A stretch of 64,000 nucleotides of DNA from the NCBI GenBank assembly GCA_964415795.1, contig CAYQBN010000001.1, forward strand, positions 212,164-276,163, given 5' to 3'. Shown in pieces: positions 35,867 through 45,419 of this stretch. The translations under genes and the position numbers were made by a program. The notes beneath the pieces are model-generated. The model saw nothing but the letters and a program-made list of their open reading frames with translations, had not been told where the DNA came from and did no database searches. Source of the DNA: an uncultured Spirochaetales bacterium (lineage in GTDB: Bacteria; UBP6; UBA1177; JAKLFG01). Each line of letters begins with the position of its first letter. Positions within the stretch are counted from its first letter, which is position 1.

Positions 35867-37636
35867 CTACTCCTTACAGCACGGGTCGTTCGCATGGGCG
35901 GCATTGCACCGGCCGCCGGCGCGGAAGAGTTTGATGCAGGCGGAGACGAGGTTGTAGTAGAAGTCGCCTTCGTTCTTGTTCGGCTCGATGTCGCGGTTGT
36001 ACTCGGTGGTGTACTGATCGAGGAAACAACCATTCGCGTTCTGCGGATCGGAACAGGGACAGAGAGGTACCTTGTCGCACGGCTGGCGCCCTACCACCCA
36101 CTCGTTCCAACCGGTGATGAGCGCGATCGGGATCTCGGGATTATCGAAGAGGTTCTGGACCTGTTTACGGAAGGTCTTGCCATGGTGTTTCGGCGTCGCG
36201 GTATTCGTGTGGCTCATGTAGTCGGCGCCGTAGGCGAGACCGATCGGCAGTTGCTCCGGCGCCCCGTTGTACTGCGAGATGCGCACGAAACAGGGCTCGC
36301 TTTCGAGCGGCGAAGCGGGGCACCGTTCGAGGTAACTCCATTTGGCGGTGCCGGCCGGTTCGAAGGCCCACATCCGACGCACGGTGTAGTTCACCGCGAG
36401 CTCGGCCTCGGTCGCGGCGTCCACCGGCCACTGATCGTTCTCGGTGATGATGACGAGCGGTTTCCCCTGATAGACGAACTGGAGCCCGGGATGGGCGTTG
36501 AGCATGGTGAGAAGAGAATAGACCATGTACTTGTTCTTGTCGGAACTATAGGCGGTCGTCACCGGCACCCACGGAACGATGCGTGGTGCGCCGGGGACCG
36601 TGCTCCACACCTCGACGAGCGTCGCAAAAGGCTGAAGGATCATTTCTTCGGGACGGTCGCAGAGCGTTCCGGTGTTGTAGGGATGGTTGGTGACATCAAC
36701 GAAGACGAAATCGGCTCCCATGTCTCGGAGCATCTCGGCGTGCTTGGCGAGAAGCGCCGTGTTGTTGGTGAGACAGTAGTAGCCGTCGTTCGGTTCGCCC
36801 CACCAGAACGAGGTCGGCGGGAACGGGTTGGTCGGCCACGCGGGCCACGACTCCTGCCCGGCGAGGATCTTCGAGATGTCGTGCGGCTCGGCCGCCGATG
36901 GACAGTGCCATGTGTGATAGAACACGCCGATCTTGGTCTTGTTCGGATCGAACGGTTTGTCCACGCAGATGAGTTTGTCGGTGTCGCAGGTGTAGCGGGT
37001 ACCGGGGCAATCGCTGTCCTTCTGACATTCGACGCAGTACCCGCCGATGGTGCACACATTACCCGAGGGTTTCCAGTCGCACGGATTGATATACGGTGTA
37101 CACTTGTCACGGCAAATGCCTTTGTAGCAGATACGCGTCGCCGATCCGCAGTCGGTATCGTACACGCACTCGACTGACGGCATCGTATCGGCATCGGGCA
37201 AAGAATCGCCTGCCGGTTCATCGGCGTCAGGGACCTCATCGCCGTCGGGCTCCCCTATGCACATCGAGGTATCATACCCGGAGCAGTCTTCACGGCAGAC
37301 TGCCATGCCACCGGTATAGCCGCTGTCGATCTCGGCGCACTCTTTCGCATCGCCATCGCAGATCTCCCCTTCGTCGGTGAAATTGTTTCCGCAGGTAGGC
37401 GGCGTGACGAAGTCATCATCAGCGGCCGAGGCGGCGTCATCGTCGCTGGTAACATCACTGTCCTGCGTCATCGGTTCGTCTCCCGCATCATTGAAGAGAC
37501 CCTCGTCACCGTGAGCGTTTTCTTCCCTATCGCCGATCGGGAGCGTATCACCATCGTCAGCCGGGGCGCCCGAGGAAGAACACCCATTGAACAACACGGC
37601 CAGTACGGTAAGAGAAAGAAAAAGAGATTTTTTCAT
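35867..37636 (-). CDS. Lipoprotein with acidic stalk, Cys-rich modules and a GH99/GH71-like glycoside hydrolase domain
   Basis: Lipobox FNGC; IGVFYHTWH, WWGEPNDGYY, HAEML...DFVFVD, ITGWNEW, RDIEP. Confidence 0.6.
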   Translation of the reverse strand: MKKSLFLSLTVLAVLFNGCSSSGAPADDGDTLPIGDREENAHGDEGLFNDAGDEPMTQDSDVTSDDDAASAADDDFVTPPTCGNNFTDEGEICDGDAKECAEIDSGYTGGMAVCREDCSGYDTSMCIGEPDGDEVPDADEPAGDSLPDADTMPSVECVYDTDCGSATRICYKGICRDKCTPYINPCDWKPSGNVCTIGGYCVECQKDSDCPGTRYTCDTDKLICVDKPFDPNKTKIGVFYHTWHCPSAAEPHDISKILAGQESWPAWPTNPFPPTSFWWGEPNDGYYCLTNNTALLAKHAEMLRDMGADFVFVDVTNHPYNTGTLCDRPEEMILQPFATLVEVWSTVPGAPRIVPWVPVTTAYSSDKNKYMVYSLLTMLNAHPGLQFVYQGKPLVIITENDQWPVDAATEAELAVNYTVRRMWAFEPAGTAKWSYLERCPASPLESEPCFVRISQYNGAPEQLPIGLAYGADYMSHTNTATPKHHGKTFRKQVQNLFDNPEIPIALITGWNEWVVGRQPCDKVPLCPCSDPQNANGCFLDQYTTEYNRDIEPNKNEGDFYYNLVSACIKLFRAGGRCNAAHANDPCCKE

Positions 37637-37706
37637 GAGACCTCTCCCACTGTCGTTCCGCTAAAAAAACGCTACCGACGCTGAATTTTTTGGCAAGAAA
37701 ATCTTT

Positions 37707-38552
37707 TTATCGCCGGTTGAGGTAGTTTCCATACCGCCGTTCCAACCAGTTTTTCGGTCTCTTTCCCTCCGGGCCGGCGGCGTCGAGCGCCGCGAGATCG
37801 TAGGGTTTCACCGGAAAAACACGGAACCAGCGCGGTCGTATCGCGTGGACGGGACAATGGGCGATACAGCGGAGGCACACCATACAGCACTCATGAAACT
37901 GCACGCCATCATTTGTCACCATAATGTTCCGCATCGGACACTCCTCTGCACAAAGGCCACACCGGGTACAGACGTCCCCTACCCGGAGATCGCGGCCGAA
38001 AAGGGAACCGCCTCCTGCAAGGATACGATTCCACAGACGCGCCAAGAGATGGGAAAAAAGAGCGGTCTGTTCGAGCGATGTCCGGCCGCTTATCAGATCA
38101 TCAGCCAGACGCTCGACACGCTGTCGCGCCGCGGCGATGATGAGCGCAGCAAGGTCGTCGCTCGCGCGGTAGAAGATGTTCGGCGGCATCACGATCATCC
38201 GCTCGAGGCGCACCTGCCAGCCACGCTCTTCGAGAATGCGCCGCATGGTACGCGTTGTCCCGCCATCGAAGAAGGGATCGCCCGGCGATCGGACAACCAC
38301 GGCGGGGCGGCCGTTCCCGTCAGGAAGTCGCCGCGCCCACGCCTGCACCGCCGGCGGCGCGTCGAGTGCATAGACCGGATAGCAGAGGACCATCGCCGCC
38401 GTTTCGGAAGGGAACCTATCTGAAACCTCATTCAGAGCGAGGTTTGCGAGCGAAATGCTCCTCCCCCGCTGTTCGAGCGCCTCGCCGATCCGCGTCGCAA
38501 GCCACGCGGTGTTCCCGGTTCCTGAGAAATAGCGGATAACGATGAGACTCAC
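37707..38552 (-). CDS. EFR1-family ferrodoxin (flavodoxin plus 4Fe-4S dicluster)
   Basis: YFSGTGNT, YPVY, CTRCGLCAEECP and CMVCLRCIAHCP. Confidence 0.9.
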   Translation of the reverse strand: MSLIVIRYFSGTGNTAWLATRIGEALEQRGRSISLANLALNEVSDRFPSETAAMVLCYPVYALDAPPAVQAWARRLPDGNGRPAVVVRSPGDPFFDGGTTRTMRRILEERGWQVRLERMIVMPPNIFYRASDDLAALIIAAARQRVERLADDLISGRTSLEQTALFSHLLARLWNRILAGGGSLFGRDLRVGDVCTRCGLCAEECPMRNIMVTNDGVQFHECCMVCLRCIAHCPVHAIRPRWFRVFPVKPYDLAALDAAGPEGKRPKNWLERRYGNYLNRR

Positions 38553-40348
38553 GGAAGCGCTTCGGTCTGGCAGAGCGATGAACAGCCATCACCACTCACG
38601 GTGTTGCCATCGTCGCAGAGTTCATGGCGGTAGAGCGGCAGGAGAGCCAGTTGCTCGGGAGAAAGTGACCTGCCGTAGATGCGCACCTCGTCAATGAGAC
38701 CTTTCACCGGTGAAGCGGCGCATCCGCCGCCGATGGTAAGCGGACCGCTCGAGAGGAGCGGGACCTGACTGTAAGCCGCCTCACCATGGACTACTCCATC
38801 AATGAGGATCTGCGCCGTCGTCCCGTTGTAGGTCGCCTCGATGCGATGCCACTGGTCATCGGTCACCGCGATGTCGGAGAGGAGGTTGAGCCACTCGGCC
38901 GCCTCTATCTGAAAGAGGACCTTTCCCGTTCCCGGCTCGATCCACAGACCGTAGTTCCGATTGGCACACGAGGTGTCGCTCTTGCCGAGAATGCGCACCC
39001 AATTGCTGGGAATAGTTCCTGTTTTCAGCCACATCTGAAGGGTCATCGCCGCGCCGAGGTCGAGCCACTCACTGTGCGGCACCGTGAGTTGTCCCGCCGC
39101 ACCGTTGAACGAGATCGCGGCACCGAAGCGCCCTTCCCCCCACTCGACGCCGATGAGCGAACCGGTGAGGCTGTTACCCGACCCGTCAACCACGGTGGTC
39201 CCGCTTCCCTCATCGAAAGATAAGCGAATACGGGCGCTTGCGATTTCGGCGATCTCCCACGCCTCGAGCACTCGGTTATAGATGCGGAGATCGTCTATCT
39301 GGCCGTGGAAACCGAGGCCCACGAGTACCCCGCCACTCGTATCGGCAGGCACGACATCGACCTGCGCTTCGCTGTGCCACACACCGTCTATGAAAAGTTT
39401 CATGACCGAACCGTCGTAAGTCCCCAAGACATGGTGCCATTTGCCGTCAACGATGGAAAAGTTCGACATTGTCCCCTTCCAATCTTCAGGAATACTGCTC
39501 GTGAGCGACAGGAGCGCCTTCCCTTCGTTCCCCGGATTATCGGCACCGGCAACGAAAAGGCCGTAGTTACGGACGAGTTTTCCGTCCTTTTGGACGATAC
39601 CAACATAACTTCCCGGCATCGCCGAGAGTTTCACCCACGCTGCCACGGTGAAGGTGGTGAGTTTGAGCGATGGGTGCTCCGCGATCGCTACGGTCTCACT
39701 GCCGGAAAAGGAAAGGCCGTTCCCGAAGCGGCCGGGGACCCATGTCGCGCCATTTATCGTGCCATGGTTGCCGAGCCCTGAGAGGTCGTTTGCGGTGTCT
39801 CCTTTCCCTTCGTTGAAGGGGAGGAGCAGCACCGCGCCGGGGTCGGTGAAGCGCACGCCGTCACCGCACCGGTTCATTTGGCAGTCGTTGCGGCAGGCGT
39901 CGTCGTTCACCTTGTTGCCGTCATCGCACTCTTCACCCTCCTCGAGGTAGCCGTTACCGCAGGGAGAAACCAGTTCATCGGTATCGGAGACGAGTTCGTC
40001 GGAGACAAGGTCATCGGCATCGGGAAGACCCCCCTCATCCACCGTATCGGGAAGGACTTCCGTCTCTCCTCCGTCCTCTTCATCCGGGAGCACATCCGTC
40101 GTCTCATTTTCTCCGAACGCCGGTTCGTTCTCGGGCACACCGCCGCCGCTGTCGGCATCGCTGGTTGCGACCGCATCGTCGGATTTCGGCATGGTGTCCA
40201 CCGTCGCCGGATCGGCGCACCACCCCTCTTCGGTGCAGATCTCTCCCTCGGGACAATCGAGCGAAGTCACGCACGCCACCGGCCCCTGTTTGCCGCCCGA
40301 ACAGGCGATGACCAATATTCCAAGGACAAAAAAGGAAAATCGTTTCAT
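38549..40348 (-). CDS. Lipoprotein with Myxococcus-type Cys-rich repeats and two LamG-like jellyroll domains
   Basis: Lipobox VIAC; CGNGYLEEGEECDDGN; two LamG units (DGKWHH...LFIDG; DDQWH...ILIDG...IDEVRIY). Confidence 0.8.
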   Translation of the reverse strand: MKRFSFFVLGILVIACSGGKQGPVACVTSLDCPEGEICTEEGWCADPATVDTMPKSDDAVATSDADSGGGVPENEPAFGENETTDVLPDEEDGGETEVLPDTVDEGGLPDADDLVSDELVSDTDELVSPCGNGYLEEGEECDDGNKVNDDACRNDCQMNRCGDGVRFTDPGAVLLLPFNEGKGDTANDLSGLGNHGTINGATWVPGRFGNGLSFSGSETVAIAEHPSLKLTTFTVAAWVKLSAMPGSYVGIVQKDGKLVRNYGLFVAGADNPGNEGKALLSLTSSIPEDWKGTMSNFSIVDGKWHHVLGTYDGSVMKLFIDGVWHSEAQVDVVPADTSGGVLVGLGFHGQIDDLRIYNRVLEAWEIAEIASARIRLSFDEGSGTTVVDGSGNSLTGSLIGVEWGEGRFGAAISFNGAAGQLTVPHSEWLDLGAAMTLQMWLKTGTIPSNWVRILGKSDTSCANRNYGLWIEPGTGKVLFQIEAAEWLNLLSDIAVTDDQWHRIEATYNGTTAQILIDGVVHGEAAYSQVPLLSSGPLTIGGGCAASPVKGLIDEVRIYGRSLSPEQLALLPLYRHELCDDGNTVSGDGCSSLCQTEALP

Positions 40349-40555
40349 CGTTCCTCTCATCCCGAAAAAACACTTGGGTGAGCATTAACGGGAAACAGCA
40401 GAAAGGCAAGAATTCCCGTACCACCTGACTCTTTACCTTTCCCAGAACTCATCATCCCTGTCAGACATTCCCAGCACACCGCTAAGTTCTGTCAATCGTA
40501 TCTTTATCTTTCCTAGTTTTCCGTAAAAAAATTCGATTGTTCGGTTTACTACGCT

Positions 40556-42358
40556 TTACCCCCGCAGGGTGCCGAAGATGAGGAGGAAGACCCCCGCGAG
40601 GCTCTCGCCGGCGATGAGGCCCGAGGCGGCAGGAACGATCTGTTCCTCCCACGACTTCTTCTTCCACGAGATGATGAGCACGATGAGGGCGCCGATGAAC
40701 ATCGCAAGACACGAGGAGAACGGTATCGTGAAGGCGAGCCCTATCCCCATCGCCGAGGGGGTGAAACGGGCTATCTTGGGCAGAAAGCGTTCGACGAGCG
40801 GTATCGCGACACCGAGGAGCGCGCCGGCGAGGATCGACCAGCGGATCGAGACATCGAGGCTCGCGATTCCCTCCGAAAGCAGTTTCGCGACCGAAGCCCA
40901 TATCTGCGCCGCGGGAGCCGGGAACATCTGCGTGCCAAGCGCCTCAGGCCCCGGGACGAGGACATAGAAGACCGGTACGACGACGAAAGTGCCGGCGAAG
41001 ACACCGATGAACTGGGCAAGGAATTGCTTGCGCGGGTTGGCGCCGAGGAGATAACCACACTTGAGACCGGTGAGGAGATCGGCCGAGGCACCGGCGGCAT
41101 CGGCGGTGATCGAGGCGGCCATGAGGTTCGGCACCATCCGCTTCGGCACGAGGATGCCGTAGACGAGTTGGGTGAGCTTTCCCATCGCCCCAACCGGCGT
41201 CGTATCGGTCTCACCGGTGGCGCGACAGGCAACCATCGCGAGAAGGAACGAAAGGACTATGGCGACGATTGACATCAGGACGCCGACATCGAAGACGAAG
41301 TACATGATGAGGCAGATGCCCGCCGAGACGACCGCCATGCCGGCGGCGAACCACGAACCGGGCACTTCTATCCGCTCGTAGGCGGTCAGTTGCCGCTTCT
41401 GCCTGCGGAAGATGTCGCCCAAACCGGCGAAGGTCCGCATGATGACGCGCCACTGGAAGGCGAACGCGGTGAGCCCTGCCATGACCATCACCGAGGCACC
41501 GAACCAGAGGCTCCACTTGACGATGGTGCTGTAGGAGAACATACCATCCTCACCGGGATGGATGATCCCCTTCGCAGCGAGCCACGGCGCGATGACGGCA
41601 TAGTTGAGGATCGCGCCGAAGAGGATGCTCCACGCGGTGCGCCATCCCATGAGCGCGCCGCCGCCGACGAGCAGCAGGCTCGATTCGAGCGATATCGAGA
41701 ATCTCTGCGCCCACTGGCCGAACACGAAGTACTCGTAGCGGACAAGGCCCAAGAGATCCTCGCCGAGCATCTTGTTGACGATGCCGATACCGGCGGTCGC
41801 GAACAGCACCTTCGCGTTGCGCACCCCTTCGGCCCCCGACGAATAGAGGCTCTTCAGGGTCTCCGCCGACGCGGTGCCGGAAGGGAACGGCAGTTTCTCG
41901 ACATTGATCATCTGTCGCTTGAGCGGTATCGCCATGAAGGTGCCGAGGAGCGCGATGAGCATGATCCAGAGTCCGAGCACGATGATGTTGAGGTGGTGTC
42001 CCGTCACGAGAAGGTAGGCGGCTATCGCCGAGACGAGCGTCCCGCCGGTCGTGTAGCCCGAGGCCGAGGCGAGCGACTGCATGATGTTGTTCTCGAGGAG
42101 CGTCATGTTCCGGGTACGGAAGACCTTCGAGATGGCGCTCCATATCGCGAACGAGAGGATCACCGCCGTTATCGCGACGCCGAACCCCCAGCCGGTCTTG
42201 AGTCCGATGTAGAGATTGGTGAGCGACATGAACCCGCCGAGGAGGATGCCGGTCACCGCCGCACGCAGGGTCAGTTGCGGCTTATCACCCTGATAGACCG
42301 TCTCGAACCACCGCTGTTCTTCCTCTTCGGGAGTCAGTTTCCGTTCCCCATCGCTCAT
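40556..42358 (-). CDS. OPT-family oligopeptide transporter (YSL-like)
   Basis: QLTLRA, YIGLKTG, LENN, LPFPSGTA, GETDTTP, DLLT..K.GY..GANPRKQ, SGLIAGES. Confidence 0.9.
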   Translation of the reverse strand: MSDGERKLTPEEEEQRWFETVYQGDKPQLTLRAAVTGILLGGFMSLTNLYIGLKTGWGFGVAITAVILSFAIWSAISKVFRTRNMTLLENNIMQSLASASGYTTGGTLVSAIAAYLLVTGHHLNIIVLGLWIMLIALLGTFMAIPLKRQMINVEKLPFPSGTASAETLKSLYSSGAEGVRNAKVLFATAGIGIVNKMLGEDLLGLVRYEYFVFGQWAQRFSISLESSLLLVGGGALMGWRTAWSILFGAILNYAVIAPWLAAKGIIHPGEDGMFSYSTIVKWSLWFGASVMVMAGLTAFAFQWRVIMRTFAGLGDIFRRQKRQLTAYERIEVPGSWFAAGMAVVSAGICLIMYFVFDVGVLMSIVAIVLSFLLAMVACRATGETDTTPVGAMGKLTQLVYGILVPKRMVPNLMAASITADAAGASADLLTGLKCGYLLGANPRKQFLAQFIGVFAGTFVVVPVFYVLVPGPEALGTQMFPAPAAQIWASVAKLLSEGIASLDVSIRWSILAGALLGVAIPLVERFLPKIARFTPSAMGIGLAFTIPFSSCLAMFIGALIVLIISWKKKSWEEQIVPAASGLIAGESLAGVFLLIFGTLRG

Positions 42359-42373
42359 GAGCCTCTCCGTCCG

Positions 42374-42721
42374 CTAAAGGTATTTCGCCGCGAGCACCGC
42401 ATAGACATTCACATCGAACCACAACTTTCCGTAGCCGTAGAACAACACGGCAAGGAACGCGAGGAACATCAAAAAGAATCCGACACGCCGACCGAGGAAC
42501 TTCGCTCCTGCCCGGATAAGGGACTTCGAGAGCGCCGTCGCCCACCGATCTAGGTAGGTGTAGAGCGGCACGAGAACGACGACGAGCACCACCATGGCGA
42601 CCGCTGTCGCGGTGACCGGGGAGAATTCGTGTTGCATCTTCGTCAAAATAATTTTCGAGCAGAGATTCGTGAGGAGGTTCGCCGCGAGGACCGAGACGAA
42701 CATGAGGAGGAATTTGGTCAT
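42374..42721 (-). CDS. Small hypothetical membrane protein (about 3 TM)
   Basis: ATGA overlap with pdxA; hydrophobic segments. Confidence 0.6.
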   Translation of the reverse strand: MTKFLLMFVSVLAANLLTNLCSKIILTKMQHEFSPVTATAVAMVVLVVVLVPLYTYLDRWATALSKSLIRAGAKFLGRRVGFFLMFLAFLAVLFYGYGKLWFDVNVYAVLAAKYL

Positions 42722-43653
42722 CGTACCGCTTCCACCATTTCGAGCGCCCACTGCACCGCCGTGGTGAAACTCTTTTCAGAGGCGAGCCCTTTACCGGCGA
42801 TATCGAACGCCGTCCCGTGATCAGGGGATGTCCGAACTATCGAGAGGCCGACCGTTACATTGATACCTTCGTGAAATGCGAACATCTTGAACGGGGCAAG
42901 CACCTGATCGTGGTAGCATCCGACGAAGAGGTCCACCCCGGCGGCGAGCCCTTGCGCGAAGAAGGTATCGGCAGGAAACGGTCCTTCGACCGTTATTCTC
43001 TTCTGCCGGAGCAGAGCGATCGCCGGGACGAGGATCGCGATCTCTTCCGTCCCGATGGTTCCCCCCTCGCCCGCGTGCGGGTTGAGCCCTGCCATCCACA
43101 CCTTCGGCGGCCGTTTCTTCCAGCGATGGAGCCACTCGTAAACGAGCGTCACCTGCCGCACGACAAGGTCTATGGAGAGTGCTGACGGCACCGCCGCGAG
43201 CGGGATGTGGCGCGTGAGCGGCAAAACCATCATCCGCGTTCCGCCGAGCACCATCGCCACCTCGTCGGATCGTTTCCCGTCGAGCCGCGCGAGCAGTTCG
43301 GTATGCCCCGTGAAGCCGGGGCGCGAAAGGGAAACCGCCTCCTTCGCGAGTGGGAGCGTCACGAGCGGGATGCCCCGTCGCTTCGCCTCCCCGTAGGCGA
43401 TTTCGACCGCCTGCGCCGCCGCCTCGCCGGAGACCGACGAGACCTTCCCCGGCTCGGGATGGTAGCGAATGTTGAGGTCAACCATCTCGAAATTCACAGG
43501 AATACTGAGTTCCCGCGACCAGTAGAGGAGCGCGGTCCGGTCGCCGACGCAGAGGAGCGGCATATCGGGATGCGCTTTATGAAACTTGAACAGGATCTCC
43601 GGCCCGACGCCATTGACGTCGCCGAGACTCACGACGAAACGAGGCTTGCTCAC
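42718..43653 (-). CDS. pdxA: 4-hydroxythreonine-4-phosphate dehydrogenase
   Basis: GDVNGVGPE, FTGHTE, LNPHAGE, GPFPADT, YHDQ, RTSPDHGTAFDIAGKG. Confidence 0.95.
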   Translation of the reverse strand: MSKPRFVVSLGDVNGVGPEILFKFHKAHPDMPLLCVGDRTALLYWSRELSIPVNFEMVDLNIRYHPEPGKVSSVSGEAAAQAVEIAYGEAKRRGIPLVTLPLAKEAVSLSRPGFTGHTELLARLDGKRSDEVAMVLGGTRMMVLPLTRHIPLAAVPSALSIDLVVRQVTLVYEWLHRWKKRPPKVWMAGLNPHAGEGGTIGTEEIAILVPAIALLRQKRITVEGPFPADTFFAQGLAAGVDLFVGCYHDQVLAPFKMFAFHEGINVTVGLSIVRTSPDHGTAFDIAGKGLASEKSFTTAVQWALEMVEAVR

Positions 43654-44978
43654 GGGACCTCCATATCCAGATCGCGATTCGCGCAGTTATCGTACTCGTC
43701 ACAGGCGGTCACGGTCAAGGTCTTTTTCCCCGTGCCAAGTTCCGAGACCGCTATTGGCCCTGCCTTCGCGCCCGCCTCGTCAAAGGCAGTGACCTCGATG
43801 AAGAAGCGCCGCGGTCCGTAGTCGCCTGCACTCGTCATCCCGGCGTCACCGCAGAGGTAGTAGTCGCAGGCGAACTCCTCTTTCACGAACGAGAGACCCG
43901 CGACGAAATCGTAACCCGGCCGCTCGAGGATCGTTTCCCCTTTCTCGTCTTTCACCGTCACCGCAAAACGGCGCGGCGGGAGCGGCCACGGGTTGTCGTC
44001 CATGAGGTCATAAGTCTCGATGACGACGCGGAAATCCCCGGTCACCGCCGCCGGATCGAGCGCCGCGCTCCGCGCCGCGTCCACGAGCGTCACTGCGGCG
44101 ATCTCGGGCGGCGTAGTGTCGGGATGCGGCAGGAGAAGTTGAAGCCCGTCGAGCGGCAGAAGGTCACGGGTGAAGGTGTTGAGGTGGAGGTGGTGGAACG
44201 GCTCATTCGTGTAACCGGTCTCGGTCACCGGCCACGAAACGATGAAGCCGATCTCGGCGCCGGCGGGCAGGATCTCGCCGCTCTCTTTCGCCTCCTTCAC
44301 CGCATCGCTCACGCTGTCGGGATCGATGTGATGGTACTGGAGCGTAAGCCCGTTCACCGTCTCGAGAACCACCTCGAAGTACATGCGGTCCTGCGCGTTC
44401 CCGCCCGACAGATCGTAGTAGTCGTACTTCACCACGCGCCCCGGCAGGATGTTGTAGACCTTCGAATTCTCCGGCATCACGATGTCCACGCCCGGATGAA
44501 AGTACTCGTCGCCCGTAAGCGGCGAATAGTCCTGAAAACTGTTCACCGTATGCCCGACCGGCTGCGCTTTGTCCTGCGGCTTGAACGGCCAGCGCATCGT
44601 CCGCTCCGGAATGAGAAGAAGAGCATCGAGCGCCTCTTTGATCGCCGGCAGGCCGCACCGTTTTTCGGTGGTCCCGACCCGAAGCGTCAGCACCGGTGCG
44701 CTCGTCGGATCAGCGATCGGGCACTCATCGGAAACCGGTGTCTCTTCGAGCGCGGCGTACACCGTGTCGAGATCGTCGGGGTGCATCACGAACGAAGCGT
44801 CGGTCGGTCCGAAGGTGCGCGTCACCACGCCCTCCGCGAGAAGGAGCGCTGCCGACTGGAGCACGGTCGTCCGTTCTATCGAGACGAAGGTTACGCCTTC
44901 GGGACGCTGACGGGAAACATCATCTTCACAGGAAACGAAGAAGAAAAGGAGGAGCACCACCGCGATGATTGGCACCAC
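43650..44978 (-). CDS. M23-family metallopeptidase-like lipoprotein
   Basis: Lipobox FVSC; HxxxD (FHPGVD) and HxH (HHLHL) motifs. Confidence 0.65.
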   Translation of the reverse strand: MVPIIAVVLLLFFFVSCEDDVSRQRPEGVTFVSIERTTVLQSAALLLAEGVVTRTFGPTDASFVMHPDDLDTVYAALEETPVSDECPIADPTSAPVLTLRVGTTEKRCGLPAIKEALDALLLIPERTMRWPFKPQDKAQPVGHTVNSFQDYSPLTGDEYFHPGVDIVMPENSKVYNILPGRVVKYDYYDLSGGNAQDRMYFEVVLETVNGLTLQYHHIDPDSVSDAVKEAKESGEILPAGAEIGFIVSWPVTETGYTNEPFHHLHLNTFTRDLLPLDGLQLLLPHPDTTPPEIAAVTLVDAARSAALDPAAVTGDFRVVIETYDLMDDNPWPLPPRRFAVTVKDEKGETILERPGYDFVAGLSFVKEEFACDYYLCGDAGMTSAGDYGPRRFFIEVTAFDEAGAKAGPIAVSELGTGKKTLTVTACDEYDNCANRDLDMEVP

Positions 44979-45017
44979 GATCCTCCGGTAACTGAGAGAA
45001 GAGACGAAATGAGGGAA

Positions 45018-45233
45018 CTACGCGCGCCTTTTGCGCATATTTTTCCTGCGACGCCGTTCGGCCTCTTCGCGCTTCCGCCGATCGCGGACGCTCGGCGGCT
45101 CATAGTGCCGGCGTTTCTTGAGTTCCTTGAAGAGTCCCTCGAGCGCCATCTTCTTCTTGAGGATCTTGATGGCTCGTTCGAGGTCGTCGGTCACGGTCAC
45201 TTCGAGAGGCCCGATGATCTTCGCACGCTTCAT
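45018..45233 (-). CDS. rpsU: 30S ribosomal protein S21
   Basis: LERAIKILKKK...ELKKRRHYEPPSVRDRRK; start at ATG 45233. Confidence 0.9.
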   Translation of the reverse strand: MKRAKIIGPLEVTVTDDLERAIKILKKKMALEGLFKELKKRRHYEPPSVRDRRKREEAERRRRKNMRKRRA

Positions 45234-45362
45234 GCAGTGTTCACCACCTTTCGCTAGGGTTGATTGTTGCTTCTTTACGCCCAAGGAGCGAAAAACAGGG
45301 GGCGATTGTAGCCGGAAACGGCCATTGCGCAAGATTTTTTTGTTTGGGAATGCGGTGAATCG

Positions 45363-45390
45363 TTGCCATCGGGGCTTGCCACGCTATAAT
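45363..45390 (+). promoter_or_regulatory. Sigma70-like promoter TTGCCA-N16-TATAAT
   Basis: 30 bp upstream of the AAA ATPase start. Confidence 0.55.
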
Positions 45391-45419
45391 GTCCCCAGTA
45401 CCGTTCAAGGGAGGGCGCC

